This document shows positions 1 through 16,325 of a DNA stretch of 64,000 nucleotides, in pieces. How positions within the stretch are numbered: the first letter of the stretch is position 1; every line of letters begins with the position of its first letter. This stretch comes from the human T2T-CHM13v2.0 reference genome, Homo sapiens. The DNA is taken from NCBI RefSeq assembly GCF_009914755.1, contig NC_060931.1. The stretch is one strand, 5' to 3'. The notes beneath the pieces are model-generated. The model searched no databases. It was given only the letters and a program-made list of their open reading frames with translations, and had not been told where the DNA came from. A program made the translations under genes and the position numbers.

Positions 1-59
1 AACAGAATATGCCAAAAACGAGAAGATGTCAAAAAGATTATGGCTCCTGACTTGCTTGT

Positions 60-410
60 TTCCTCTTCCTCTCTTGCTTGCCTGCTTTAAGAGAAGCCAG
101 CTGCCATGCCATGAACTGCAATGTGAAAAGGCCAATGTAGCAAGGATATGTCCAGCCAACAGCCAGTGAGGATCTGAGGCCCTCAGACCAGCAGCCCATG
201 AGCAACTGAATTTTGCTAATAACCATGTAAGTGAACACAGAAGTGGATCCTTCCCCAGGCGAGCCTTCATAAGTCCACAGACCCAGTCAAGACTTTGACT
301 GCAGCCTTGTGAGAGCCCCTAAGCCAGAGGACCCAGCTAAGCCACGTTCAACTTCCTGACCTGTCAGGTAATAAATGTATGTTGTTTTAAGCCACTAGGT
401 TTTTCCTTTG
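60..410 (+). mobile_element. MLT1-type MaLR LTR (old)
   Basis: GAAGCCAGCTGCCATG...AGCCAACAGCCAGTGAGG...GAGGACCCAGCTAAGCC...AATAAATGTATGTTGTTTTAAGCCACTAGGTTT are typical MLT1 3' motifs. Confidence 0.8.
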
Positions 411-1114
411 TAAAATATGTATTATGATCATTGGCACCCTAAATGGTTTGGTTAAACTTACCTGTACTCTAATAATAGCATCACAATCCCTCGTGGTGGG
501 TTTCTCCAGCCTCCTTTGTTTCACGTATACTTCTCTGTTAAATGTACACACAACTTCTTACCAGCCTGTCTTCCTGTTTTGCATTTTGAAAATGAAATTC
601 TTTCCCTTTTCATCTCCTTAGAACTTAGCAATGTAGTTGACTCTCCTTCCAGCTTCGCTGGCATCCTTGTTCTGCTGTCTGTTATTAATAGATTCATGGC
701 ACTTGCACGACTGGAAGTCATACTCTCCCAAAATGAAAATCAGATGCATTAGCCAACAAGACATTTCTCTGATTTTTTTCTGATATTATTTGCTATCTTT
801 CCATGTGTCAGTCTATTTACAAATTTGTTCTATGTGCTTTCTATACCTTCATCTCAATTATTAAGATAAATTGTATCTAGAATTGGGCACTTGACAGATC
901 CCCCACATCATGAAAATAGAATCCGCCTTCCAAGTTCTCATGGTCCCATTCATCGGCATGCTTTTTATTTGACTACTCGATAAAAATTAATCTATTGAAT
1001 TTTCCTTTTTCACGTCCTGTACTTTTTCAGTTTATCCACAGGGATAACTGTTAAGTACCTGCTTAATTCCAGACACCATTGTGTATACATTTTTCCAGGT
1101 TTAAAACTCTGTTA

Positions 1115-1386
<272 letters not shown>

Positions 1387-2157
1387 AAGTCTGCCTAAGC
1401 CAACGTGAAAAGGCTGTGCAAAGGCATCCCTGGTGCCACATCCTGACACCGGCACATGACACAGCTGTGAAGACTTGGTCTTCTCAAGTGATATTGTTGG
1501 CCAAAGAATGTGTGTGGGGTTACAGTTGGCTTATCAAGGTCTCCCTCACCAAATGGTGAGGATTATGTGAAGGGGAGAGGAAGGCATACTCTATTGGTTT
1601 CCCAAGGCTACCATCACAAAGTACAACAGCCTGGGAGGCTCCAAACAACAGCAATGACTCTCCAAGGTGTATGTCACCCTCTAATGTTCTCTGCCTCCTC
1701 TCTTTCCTTTGTACCTGTCTACTCAAGAGCTCATCTCAGCCCTTCCCCAACCAACACACTGAGTTCTCCGAGTACAGCCCCCTTGCCATCCTTACTGAAA
1801 CCATTTGGGATTACTCAATCAGAGTTGCATTTTTTCAGATCATCTCATTCCTCTTGGGCGGTTTTTTTTTTTTTTTTTAAATAATACAACAAACCATGGA
1901 ATCCTGCCCATTTCATCTCTGACATTGTTTTAATAAATTCTGAAGATGTATTTATTTTACTCCTCCATGCTCTTGACTTTCTACTATCTGTTGAGATTTT
2001 TCTTTTTATTTTAACATGTTCTATCATTCTATTGCAGTGTGGAATGGGAGCAAACTTTTACTACCCTCTGGCCTTCTTTTGTTTAATTCTTCCTGTTCTA
2101 ACAGTGTTCAGTATAATAGAAATTTCCCAGCTTTGAGGATTTTCTTTCAATGTCTAT

Positions 2158-2458
2158 TTCTTATTTATTTATTTATTTGGAGACAGGGTCTCGCTCTATA
2201 ACCCAGGCTGGAGTGCAGTGGTGTGATCATGGCTCACTGCAGCCTCAACCTCCCAGGCTCAAGTGAACCTCCCACCTCAGCCTCCTGAGTAGCTGGGACT
2301 ACAGGTGTACGCCACCATGTCCAGCTAATTTTTTAATTTTGTATAGAGACGGGTTTTCTGCTTTGTTGCCCAGGCTGGTATCAAACTCCTGGGCTCAAGC
2401 TATCCTCCCACCTCAGCGTCCCAAAGTGCTGGGATTACAGGCATGAGCCATTGCACCT
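2158..2458 (-). mobile_element. AluJ
   Basis: (TTTA)n tail followed by reverse-complement Alu dimer. Confidence 0.92.
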
Positions 2459-3871
2459 GTAATATGCAGTGTATATAGAACAAACAGGAGAGAAGATGTC
2501 TGCAAGAATCTAATACCTTCCTAGGAAATCCAGGAAATCAGGATAGGCCTCAGGAATGTGAAATAACTTGGTAATGAGAACTCTGAGTACTGGGATAAAG
2601 AGTCAGACAGAAGGAGGGGAGAAGGAGAGCTGCTCCCCACCGCTGAGAAGTCCACCTGGTGTAGAAAATGAGCTGGAAAGAGACGGCACAGGTGCCTTGG
2701 CTTCAATTGGCTGTAGATTGCTTATTGATAGAGAATAGCCCCTGATGGGGGTGCTGGATAGAACCGTTCTGCCTGAAGCCAAGGAAACACGTCTCTCTGC
2801 CTCTCGGTTTCTCAAAGGGGTTTGGGGGGGTGGACTCTGAAAACCTAGAAAGCAGCCTGCCCTTGGAAACAGACCTCTTCCCATCTTGGCAAATTCAGAA
2901 ATGGCCAAAGGCCCCAGGACAACAGGAAGAGCTACAGGTACGAGCAGCCAGAGTCACATACGTTGGTCCTTCTCCACCTCTGCTGACCTCAGGAGATCTT
3001 GAACTCCACCCTCCCAGGGCCACCCCTCGGCTTCACAATTACATGCTGAATTTATACTCGTACTAACCTGCCACTGTGTGGAGGCTGCTAATACACTACA
3101 GCTTGTTTAAAGACTGTAGAAAATTTGAAAATAAAACTTTATTATATTAAACCCCTACCTTACAACTTATATGAAAAAAAGCTTCAGATGGACTAAGGAT
3201 ATTAGTGTAAAATAAAACAAAGCCATCCAGAGAAACCAGAGATAAAATACTTTTATAATTTTGGTGTGAACAAGGTCTAGGCCTAATGTAAAAGGCAGAA
3301 AATATATAGGAAAAAATAGCTTTAATTTATACATAAGTATATGTGTCTGTGTGTCTATGTATGCACACACATAGCTATACAGAGATATACATCTTAACCT
3401 GTAATTAAATAAATGAGATTAAAATGTTATACATGTTACCGTTCGCATGAGTCATTTTGCAGTGAAGATTTTTTTTTTCCATTGTTTATCTGCTCATGGC
3501 CATCCCATCCCAAGAACACAGTGGTGACAGCCTGGTACGTATCATTCCATACTTCCTTTATGCTCATATAATCATATACAAATACACAGAGACAGAGAGA
3601 AGTTCAGTCACTGTTTTATTATGCACATTTCTCTGCAGTTTGCTCTTACCACTTAATAAGAGATCTTGAAAATCCCCCATCCTCCAGTGTGGATTTAATG
3701 CATTCTTGTTAGCAGCTGACTGGAAAAGGATGAAGCATTCTTCATGTTGATAAACAGGTTTTACTTCTAGAAACATCAATTGTATGACGCCAGGATCATA
3801 TGCTTTGCATGTCCCAATTTCCCGGTATGTGACCTTCTCCCGGTGATAGAAGATCAGGCTCAGGGTGTTGA

Positions 3872-4178
<307 letters not shown>

Positions 4179-4632
4179 TCGGTGTGTTGAATTTGACAGC
4201 CTAAGGGCACACCCAGTGCCCAAGGAGCGGGGCTAGCAGGGCAGGAGAGGAACAGAGAAAGGGATCAGGCATGAAATGGTGTGAAGGGCCTGCGGGAGGG
4301 TTAGGCAAGACGCAGGGATAGAGAGGTTCAAGGATTGACACTGCTTTGCCACAATTTTTCCTCCAACCTCTGTAGGGCGCTCCCCTTAGGAGATTGTTGG
4401 CACCGTGTCACAAGAGAGGTTGGTGGAGGCAAGAGGTTCCTTAAAGGAGGACGGAGGACACAGCCAGAAACAAACAGCCCTTTAATTGAACTAGAAAAGA
4501 CCGGAATTTCAATTTCAGCCGTTTTGGTCACTTCTCCAACACTGCCACCAAGTGGCTAAAGAGGAACAATGCAACTAGCAAACCCAAAGGGAAAGATTGC
4601 AAGAGCTGGGCAGTCATAAAATAAAACCACCA

Positions 4633-4778
4633 TGGCTGGCTAATTTTTTTTATTTTTAATAGAGACAGAATCTCATTATGTTGCCCAGGCTGGTTTCGAG
4701 CTCCTGGACTGAAGCGAACCTCCTGCCTCAGACTCCCAAAGTACTGGGATTACAGGTGTGAGCCGCCACTCCTGGCCC
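4633..4778 (-). mobile_element. Alu left monomer (FLAM-like)
   Basis: Single arm; flanks share TAAAATAAAACCAC. Confidence 0.8.
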
Positions 4779-5035
4779 CAGCAGTGGTAAAATAAAACCA
4801 CATCTCACATTCCAGATTAATTTGCAACCCTCAGGTGGAGAGAGAGAACATTTTCATCAACCTAAAGAGTGCCTTCGTGCTGTTTGCTAGTCAGTGCTTC
4901 TCCAGAGGTCATTGCCTTTCTGGCTTCCATAGATCAGATTTGCCTGGTCTTGAGCATGATGCAAACAGAATTTTACTGCCTATACTCCTTGTCTGACTCA
5001 CGCATCTGTGAGATGGGTCCATGCTGCTGCTTGTA

Positions 5036-5968
<933 letters not shown>

Positions 5969-6237
5969 TAAGCTCTATAAAGTCAATCTCAATTCCTCAA
6001 AGCAGTCTTCTCATATCTGAAAATATGCCATTCCAGTCAAAGCCTTGGTAAAATACCCAGTGTCTCCACTTGTGACCTGTTACTAAACAAAAACAAAAAC
6101 AGATTCTTATTGAACCTAAGCAAATAGCTGTACTGACATAAATTAAGAATACTCAAATAGTTTCCAAGTCCTGGAGAAATCAGGTAGAGAGAAATTTTAC
6201 TCACGAGAGTATACTCAATTGTTAAAAGCTATAAATA

Positions 6238-6540
6238 GGCCAGGCGCGGTGGCTCACGCCTGTAATCCCAGCACTTTGGGAGGCCGAGGCGGGTGGATCA
6301 CGAGGTCAGGAGATCGAGACCATCTTGGCTAACACGGTGAAACCCCGTCTCTACTAAAAATACAAAAAATTAGCCGGGTGAGGTGGCGGGCGCCTGTAAT
6401 CCCAGCTACGCAGGAGGCTGAGGCAGGAGAATGGTGTGAACCCTGGGGGGCGGAACCCTGGCAAGCGGAACCTCGGGAGTGAGCCAAGATCGCGCCACTC
6501 CAGCCTGGGAGACAGCGAGACTCCGTCTCAAAAAAAAAAA
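6238..6540 (+). mobile_element. AluY-family element with rearranged right arm
   Basis: GAGATCGAGACCATCTTGGCTAACACGGTG diagnostics; TSD AAAAGCTATAAATA. Confidence 0.92.
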
Positions 6541-6562
6541 GCTATAAATAACTCAAGTTTTC

Positions 6563-6870
6563 AGCTGGGCACAGTCGCTCATGCCTGTAATCCTAGTACT
6601 TTGGGAGGTTAAGGTGAGAGAGTAGCTTGAGCCTAGGAATTCAAGACCAGCCAGGGAAACATAGTGAGACCTCATCTCTACAAATAATAATACAAAAAAT
6701 TATCTCAGTGTGGTGGTGCACACCTGTAGTCCCAGCTACTCGAGAGGCTGAGGTGGGAGGATTGCCTGAACCTGGGCAGTCGAAGTTTCTGTGAGCTGAG
6801 ATCATGCCACTGCACTCCAGCATGGGCAACAGAGCAAGAACCCATCTCCCAAAAAAGGAAAAGAAAAAAA
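6563..6870 (+). mobile_element. AluJ
   Basis: Diverged full dimer with A tail. Confidence 0.9.
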
Positions 6871-7242
6871 GTTTTCTTGACTCTGAAAAACAAAACAAAA
6901 AAGTATCAGCAATGTTTCAAACAAAAAAGGCATAAAAAATTATTTCAGTTATAAATTAGTTCAGTTATAAATTAGTAATTAACCTTTGTTCTGTCCAAGA
7001 CTGGGCCAGCAATCTTCATGAACATATCAGCTCTTCAATGAAAGATCTGGCAATTTTCTCTCTAGTCCAATGACACAGCCTCCAAACTTAGAAACCTGCA
7101 TTCAAGAGCACCCATCAGAGTCCTCTCCATGAACTTCCCTAAAGAAGAAGTAACTTTTGAACTGTAGCTGATCATAAACTACTTTTTGAGAAGAATCAAA
7201 GTAAAACAAGGACTGTCCATGGATGATAGAAGTCTTAGGACA

Positions 7243-7556
7243 GGCCAGGTGCAGTGGCTCATACCTGTAATCGCAGCATTTTAGGAGGCTGAGGAGGTGG
7301 ATCACTTGAGTCCAGGAGCTCAAGACCAGCCTGGACGACACAGGGAGACCCTATCTGTACAAAAAATAAAGTAATTAGCTGGGTGTGGTGGCATGAGCCT
7401 GTAGTCCCAACTACGAGGGTGCTGAGATGGGTGGATCACTCGAGCCTGGGAAGCAGAGGTTGCTCAGTGAGCCGAGACCATGCCACTGCACTTCAGCCTG
7501 GGTGACAGAGTCAGACTCCTATCTTAAAAACAAAAACAAAAACAAAAACAAAAAAA
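7243..7556 (+). mobile_element. AluJ
   Basis: Full dimer, (CAAAAA)n tail. Confidence 0.9.
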
Positions 7557-9661
7557 CAGTCATGGTTAAAGATACAATTGACAAGAAAATTTGCTTATTT
7601 CTGTGACATGCAATTTACATCAGAATCATAATTATTACTGATAATATAATATATACTAAGACATATCAGGATTACAGGAATCTCATATGATTTTGGAACA
7701 CATACTAATATTTATTTAACTCAAAGTTAAATAAACATTTGATATTTGACAATGCTTCCTTTATGATTTTAACACACCAAATAAGGCAAATAAGTCCAAA
7801 ATCTCTTTTGGACTTCAGGGGACCTAATATCTAAAAAAGTTAATAAGGTCAAAAAGAATAGATTTCAAACCTGAAATTTTGATTTTGGAAAGTTTGTCAA
7901 ATATCAAAAGTTTAAAACATTTGAGATCACAAAATAGGATCACAGGTTATTCATTTAGCCAAAAGTGATAACTCAAATATTTCCAAAAAGAAAAAAAAAA
8001 AACCTTTACTCTTTGATAGAGAGGAGACTGAGTTTCCCAAACAAAAAGACCTAATAAAAACAGCGTGCAGCCAACTGAATCTGTCTCTTTTCTTTCCTCT
8101 TTTTTTTTTTTTTTTTGGCAGTTTACTCAAAAAGTAAGCAAACATATTTTATTGTCTCTTAATTATTACATGAAAATCTTGTTTAAAAGAGAAAACCAAA
8201 TTTTGCTTTTGCATAGTATATTAACACTGAAATTAATTTTTAATAAAATCTTATAAACAAATCCATTCAATCTCAATCACTTTGACCATTTAGAATTTTC
8301 TAGTAAAGAACAGATCAGTGCTCTAAGAAAACCCTTTTATTCCAACACAGGGTTTCTGACTCTGGCCCTGCATCGTGTGCTCTTGATATTAATGTTTAAT
8401 TTGCAGAAAAACTAAATGATACCCTTTAAATTGTAGCCAACTTGATCACACAAAAAATTCCTTTCATAAGATCAATTCACCACAATCTTACTGAAAGCTT
8501 CAGTTTTATCCTATCATTTTATCTTAGGACAAAAATTTACTTTCCCAATTTTCTATATCCATTTCATTTTATCTATCATTTTTCCTTCCATTTAAAACAA
8601 CTTAAAAACGTCTAAGCTAGGAAAAATCACTTTCCCTTAAAAAAAAACACTACATTTCTCTGACCTTTTACCAAAAACACATCCTACTTTCCTTATATAC
8701 TTTACATATAGAATTTTTCTCTTCTATCTAGTGGTTTTAATTACATATATTAATTACAATGTTAACTCTTCATAATTTTTAAACGAAAAACCTAGGAGGT
8801 AAGCAATTTAAGTTATGTATCAGATGTGTAGCCCAGGACAAAAGGAGAGAGCTGCAGATAATACATGACCCTTCCCACCGCAGCGAGGAGGCATAGTTAG
8901 GCGAGAGAGAACTCCACATGTCCCCAGGCCTTACCATGTCATTTTTTAGAGCCTAGAATCTAAAGGTGCTGCTAAGACTGGCAAGTCAAACAAGCATCAA
9001 AAATATTCCAGAAACAGTTTATAACCTTAAAATCTCTAGCAAAGATAGCATCTGACCTACCTAATTCAGATCAAATGTCTATATTAAATCCTGAAGATGT
9101 TTCTATTTTATTTCGCCAATAATTATAAAATTATCTTTATTTACTAAAGATTATTAAGGTCATGTGAACGAAAAGACATTTGAGTTAAAGTTTCTGGTTT
9201 TTTGATAAAGTATTTGATTTAAGCACTTACTTTTTTTCTTTAAGTCAATTAATTGGAGCTCTATTATATATTTTGGTAGTGAAACATCATACACATGACA
9301 CAGATACACAGATAGAAGCAGATCTTAAAGGTTTATACAAGTCTCATTAGCCAGTTTTTAAATAGTTTTTTTTCCCCATACACTCTTCCAATTGCCTATT
9401 TTATTGCCCTAGGCAATTATTATCTAGGTAACCCTATACCTGTCTTTATAAAGGAACATTCTTAGGTGAAATGAGATAGAAAATGTATATTTCAAAAGCA
9501 CAGAGCTAAGACATTAGTCCTATATATTGTACCATCATTTGCTCAAACCAAGGAAAAAATGGTATAAGTAAAAGTTCAGTTAAGATGGCCAGAAAAAGCT
9601 TGCTTGCTTGCTTGCTCTTTCTTTCTCTCTGCTTCTCTGTCTCTCTCTCTCTCTTTCTTTT

Positions 9662-10211
<550 letters not shown>

Positions 10212-10739
10212 TAATTTATTTTTTCTATCTTCTTTTCTCTTTCCTCCTTTTCCCACTTTCTAGTTAGTCCTTTAGAAATGCAAATATAGCCTTTTACCTC
10301 CCCTTCACCAGACATTCCCTACAGGGTAAGTTCATCTAACTATCTGCTTAGGAGCTCCAGAAAGGAAATCTCACCCACCAGGAGGTTGCCTTGAGAGATA
10401 ACAGTCAATTTACAACCCAAAGTACACATGCCCACAAAGACACAGGCAGTCACCACCTTGACTACCTAGTAGATAAGGTACCAAACTAACATGTAGATGC
10501 TGCACTTGCTTACTTCCCCCGACCCCATGTGCCATTCATGTTAAGCCCCCTTTAAAAGTGCTTACTTCCTGCTCCAAAAGCAAAGTGATACCCCTAGGCA
10601 GGAAGCCTGTACTTGTTCCCCTCAGCTAGCTTTGGAATAATTTAAAAAAAAAAAATCACTTTCTTTATACCAGAACTCACTTTTATTAACTGGACTCTGC
10701 AAGCAGCAAATAGCTGAACCTGCATTTCGGTTACAATTT

Positions 10740-10757
10740 TGGTGGCCCATATAGGGA
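10740..10757 (+). promoter_or_regulatory. Primer-binding site, tRNA-Ile-like
   Basis: TGGTGGCCCATATAGGGA vs tRNA-Ile(AAT) complement TGGTGGCCCGTACGGGGA; all 3 differences are at CpG positions. Confidence 0.75.
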
Positions 10758-12193
10758 AAGTGCTGCATGCTCTGGGTGAATCTGTGCCTGACAGCCGGCT
10801 TTTGCTACCGGGCAAGGTTTTGTTGGGGTCACCTGTGAGCACCAGCTGCTCATGGCTAGCAGATCTCATGACAGGAACATTCAGGAACTTCTCAGCAGCT
10901 GCCAAAAATGCTTTTGGTTTGGGGGAGCCTCCCTTTCGCCTCACAGCACATTTGCTGCCTTCAACTCTCTGCTGGTATAAAGAAAGTGACCTCTGTAAGA
11001 CCCGGCAAACTTTGGAAGTGGCTGAGTTAGCTGGAAGTGCACCTGATCACCCTCTGCTTCTTTTGGGGTGTCACTGGGGCCCGGTTCTACCTAAGACTTG
11101 GCTGCTAGTGACACCATTTGAGCATTTTAGGTGTTTCTGTTTGTAAGTGTGGCACCATGGGAGCTTTGCTGGGCCTATGGAACCATTTGGACCTGGGGAG
11201 GGGCATTCAGCATCTCACTCAGCCTCCTTGATTGGAGACTCATTTGGAAGTATGCTGTTTGTTTGCATGTACTTTGTGAATGGGCCCTGATTTCTTTCTT
11301 TCCTCTCTACCTCCAATCTCACTCTTCTAACTATCTTCAGAGAGCCACCTACAGCCTTAGTCCTCTCAACTGCAGGCTTCCCTAGCTCCCTATGACTGGA
11401 AACAGCTCATCTTGACCAGTGACTTGTGAAGGTGGGAGGGTCCCATCCCATATCATGTGGACCTGGGGTGCTGAGGCTCTCCTGAATGGGAGATAAACAG
11501 GGGTGATGGGAGTATCAACCCTGTGCCGTGTAGTGGCTGGAAGCTCACGAGCTCCCTTTCTATCGCTTTACTGTTTCTTCTTATTTCCTTTTCCTCTTTC
11601 TCATGCCCTGCTTGTAAAACCTGGCTCCTATGCAGAGGCTGGCCAGACTATATATTCCTCTATTTTCTTTTCTGCCTGCTTTAAATCTGCTGTTACTTTA
11701 CCGGTGTTAAGACAAAAACCACCATTTGGATTCAACTGTTTTTTAATAAACAGATGAGTTTGCATTGATATCTCTTAGCTAGAGTTCAAAAATGAAAGCT
11801 ATAAGATCTTTGTTTATATGAGTGTGTATATGTGTGTTTATGTGTACACACATGTATTTTGTTATATGTTGCTGCTACAAGGTACCAAATTGACTTGAAG
11901 TTAAGGAGTACTCATGAGACTTAAGGAAAATCTTGAATAAATAAGCTGGCTTTAAAATTATTGGTAAAATAATATTAGAAATGTCTTATGAATTGTCAAT
12001 ATACATTTTTGTTCAGATTTATTGATCAAGTGGTTTCATACTTATCTCTGCCAGATATTATAAGGCATCAAAATTTGGCATAAAAGTTAAAAAACTATAA
12101 ACCTAGCCCCAAAAAGAATGATCTTTGCTTGTGTAATTTTTGATAAATAGGACATTTAATGTTGTTTAATAGAAACAGCTAAATCTTCTAAGT

Positions 12194-12716
12194 CGGCAGT
12201 CCCCAACATTTTTGGCACCAGGGACTGGTTTCGTGGAAGACAATTTTTCCATGGAGCCCGGGAAGAGGGTAATGGTTTGGGGATGATTCAAGCACATTAC
12301 ATATATTGTGCACTTTATTTCTATTATTATTACATTGTATATATAATGAAATAATTCTACAACTCACCACAATATAGAATCAGTGGGAGCCCTGAGCTTG
12401 TTTTCCTGTAACTAGACTGTCCCATCTGGGGATGATGGAAGATAGTGACAGATCATTAGGCATTAGAGTCTTATAAGAAGCACACACCCTAGATCCCTCG
12501 CATGCACAGTTCACAATAGGGTACATACTCCTATGAGAATCTAATGCCACTGCTGATCTGACAGGAGGCGGAGCTCAGGCAGTAATGCAAGCAATGGCGA
12601 GTGGCTGTAAATACAGATGAAGTTTCACTCGCTTGCCTGCTGCTTAGCTCCTGGTGTGCAGTCTGGCTCCTAACAGGCTATGGACTGGTCCATGGCCTGA
12701 GGGTTGGGGACCCCTG
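12194..12716 (+). mobile_element. MER1A (hAT-Charlie)
   Basis: TIRs CGGCAGTCCCCAAC / GTTGGGGACCCCTG; perfect 8-bp TSD TTCTAAGT (12186-12193, 12717-12724). Confidence 0.92.
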
Positions 12717-12959
12717 TTCTAAGTTATCAACAAAATGTCCACGTGTTTGACTATAAGGTTCTTAAATAAACGCCTGATGTTCACAAGCTTTAAAAGTGGT
12801 TAATAGAGAAATAACTTTAAATAATGACCACCTTTGTGTCATAACCTAGTTTTCAGAAGTAATCTAAATAAATGGTTAAAAATGAGAAAATGGAGTACCT
12901 ATAAATGAGACAAATGCTTAGAAAAAATAAAAATTTTGTATAATTTGAAATCTGAAATC

Positions 12960-13266
12960 TTTTTTTTTTTTTTTTTTTTTTTTGAGACACGGCCTTGCTC
13001 TTTCACCCAGGCTGGGGTGCAGTGGTGTGATCTCTGTTCACTGCAACATCTGTTTCCCAAGCTCAAGTGATTCTTCTGCCTCAGCCTCCCGAGTAGCTGA
13101 GACCACAGGCACATACCACCATACCCCGCTTTTTTTTGTATTTTTGGAAGAGACAAGGTCTTGCCATGTTGCCCAGTCTGGTCTCGAACTCCTGAGCTCA
13201 AGCAATCTGTCTGCCTTGGCCTCCCAAAGTGCTGGGATGACAGGCGTGAGCTACCGCGCCTAGCCC
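12960..13266 (-). mobile_element. AluJb-like
   Basis: Poly-T plus dimer. Confidence 0.9.
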
Positions 13267-13348
13267 ATTTTGAATGCTTATTGAATATTTGGATCATTTC
13301 CACTCAAGAAAGTTTTATTATATGGGAAATATGTTCCAAAATTGTGAA

Positions 13349-13409
13349 CTATAAAATGCTAATATTGCATCTATAAAATGCTAATATTGCATCTATAAAA
13401 TGCTAATAT
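13349..13409 (+). repeat. 22-bp tandem repeat (CTATAAAATGCTAATATTGCAT) x~2.8
   Basis: Perfect copies at 13349, 13371 and a partial copy at 13393. Confidence 0.95.
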
Positions 13410-14204
13410 CTGATAGGCAGTTCAGGATTTATTGCTTCCCAGGTTTACATAAAATGTGCCAAAGAAGATGTGTTCTTATTGAGAAAAAGAATACTTTCAT
13501 CTAATTCGAAAGTTATCTAAAAGTTAATTCAAATTCTGGATTTGACAAGGTTATTGCATCCATGTAACTTTCTGTATTACCTTTAAAGTACTTCTGCTGT
13601 TAAGTTATAGGGCTTTGACTCCTTAGCCCTAAAAAGGACACAACATAATGTCATGTCTAGCCTTAATTCTCTTGAATGGTTAAAATCCTTTGCAAGCTCA
13701 ACAGTGACTGCTCTAGACTCCTGGAAAAAGCAATAGCAATCACCTTGTGCTAACTCAGTAGCTAAGGCTTTGCTCTTTCACATTGACAGCCTAGGTTCAA
13801 CTCCTGCCTTTGGAAGTAAGTCCTTTCTGGTTGATAGTTACGGGACTTACCATTTGTTGATTCTTTTCCACCTCCATGGACAGCTTCTGGTTTCCTGTCT
13901 TGAATTTTCTTTTCTCTGAGCTACCCTACAGAGAATTCTAGATCTTGTGAAAACTGTTTGCCATCTCTTTGGAGATACCTCATACATCCATGCTTAAGCT
14001 GTAACCTTAATTAAAGCTTATTGGTTTCACTTGGGAGAATATCTTTGGAAAACAAAAAACAAAAAACAAAAGCCTAAAGGCCAGAGGTGTCAGCTGTTTT
14101 TCCCACCTAGAATCTGGTAATAAGGGATTTTAAAAGATTTTTGTTTTTTGTTTTTTTTTAGAAAAAAAAGCTCTATCATTAAAAGTCAGCCTAACTAAAT
14201 GCTG

Positions 14205-14322
14205 ATATGTATTATATACATATTATATAAGTATATATAATATACAATCATATAATATAACATATATAATTTTTATATATTTTTATATAATAATTTATAT
14301 ATGATAGATATATACATATATT
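14205..14322. repeat. TA-rich low-complexity tract
   Basis: Degenerate (TA)n. Confidence 0.85.
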
Positions 14323-15344
14323 CAGTCAACTGAACTCTGTCTGTCTTCATGCTACCCTCAATGCTCACATGAGAGGGCCTAAGGTAATTTCTGATAGGCT
14401 GGGACTCCTTGGGAGAAACAGAGGAGGCACTGCGGACACCGTTTCAGGAGAAGCCTCTGTTTTCCTCATGGAACTCCAAGAATTGTGAGTAGAAAGATCC
14501 CTATCAAAATCTAAGGCTCTGTTCCGTTTTGCATTGTGTTACCTGAGCTTTTTGACTTTTAGGGGCATCAGAAATTACTCTGCATTACAGTAGAACTTTC
14601 AGCCTTGGTGTGTAATAGCTAGGTAACAAATATATTTTTAGGGATGGCTAATGGCACTTGCTTACAGTGAGTGGGCGTTACTACAGGCTGGTATTTCTTT
14701 CTTCTCGCATTTAAACAAGAAGAAAAACATGCTCTATTGGCACCTAGAAGGCATGGAATGGGGGATGTGCCGATTATAAAATGGCCTGATTGGCTTTGGT
14801 TTGCCCGTCAGCCTCGGGAGAATGTCCTTGGAGTGAAATGCACCAGTGAAACCATTGTACTGTCTTTTCCTGTATCATTTCCTTCAATTTTGGGGGACTC
14901 AGGATTCGGTGTGAAAATGGAATCCTTGGTTTTTGGAAATCTGTTCTGCTTTCCAGTGATGCCTGTTTTTCACACGATTAAATGTTAGGCCCTAGAAACT
15001 CCACGCTTTCTCGGCCCTGTTCCTCAAAGGGCTCCACCCTGAAGCCAGTAATCCAATGAAGAAACTTAAAATCTGGCAAATGAAAAGTCTTCAAACTACC
15101 AGATCATCTTCTGTCTGTCTGTGTATTTATATGTATTGTGTATGTGAAGTTTATATAAAAGAGCTCTAATTATTTGACTTAAAGAAAAACAAGTGCTTAA
15201 ATCAAATATTTTGTCAGTAGAATAGGCAATTTAATGCCTTTTAGTTCACATGACTTTAGTAATCTTTGGTAAATAAATATAGTTTTCAAGATTATTGGTA
15301 AAATAAAAGATGTCTTCAAAATTTATACATTTGGTCTAAATTAG

Positions 15345-15695
<351 letters not shown>

Positions 15696-16002
15696 GACAT
15701 TTTTGATAATCATTTGACTTGTCCGCTTTACAGCTAACAGATTTTAGATAGGATTTAGGCTGGGAAGAGTCAGACACTGTCTGCAGCTCTGTCTTACTCC
15801 TGAGCTCTACAATCCCGTACGCAGTTACTTACTTACTTACTTACCAGGTCTTTTGCCAAAAATAAAAGTTGCAAAGAGTTAACACTGTGACATGTACTTG
15901 AAACTACTAGAGAAACAGTTTAACACACAAGGTCTATAAGGAAAGTAGAGCGTACTTTTGGTAAGAGGTTATAAGAAGGCATGGAAGTATGGCCTTTGTT
16001 AA

Positions 16003-16325
<323 letters not shown>

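Noticed and set aside
2460-3066. Non-repetitive-looking stretch with short ORFs and a CAG|GTACGA donor-like site
   Set aside because: No recognisable protein similarity or exon pairing, so an exon cannot be supported from sequence alone.
13744-13815. Functional tRNA-Glu gene
   Set aside because: The stems are too degenerate to pair. Reported only as an ERV-borne relic.
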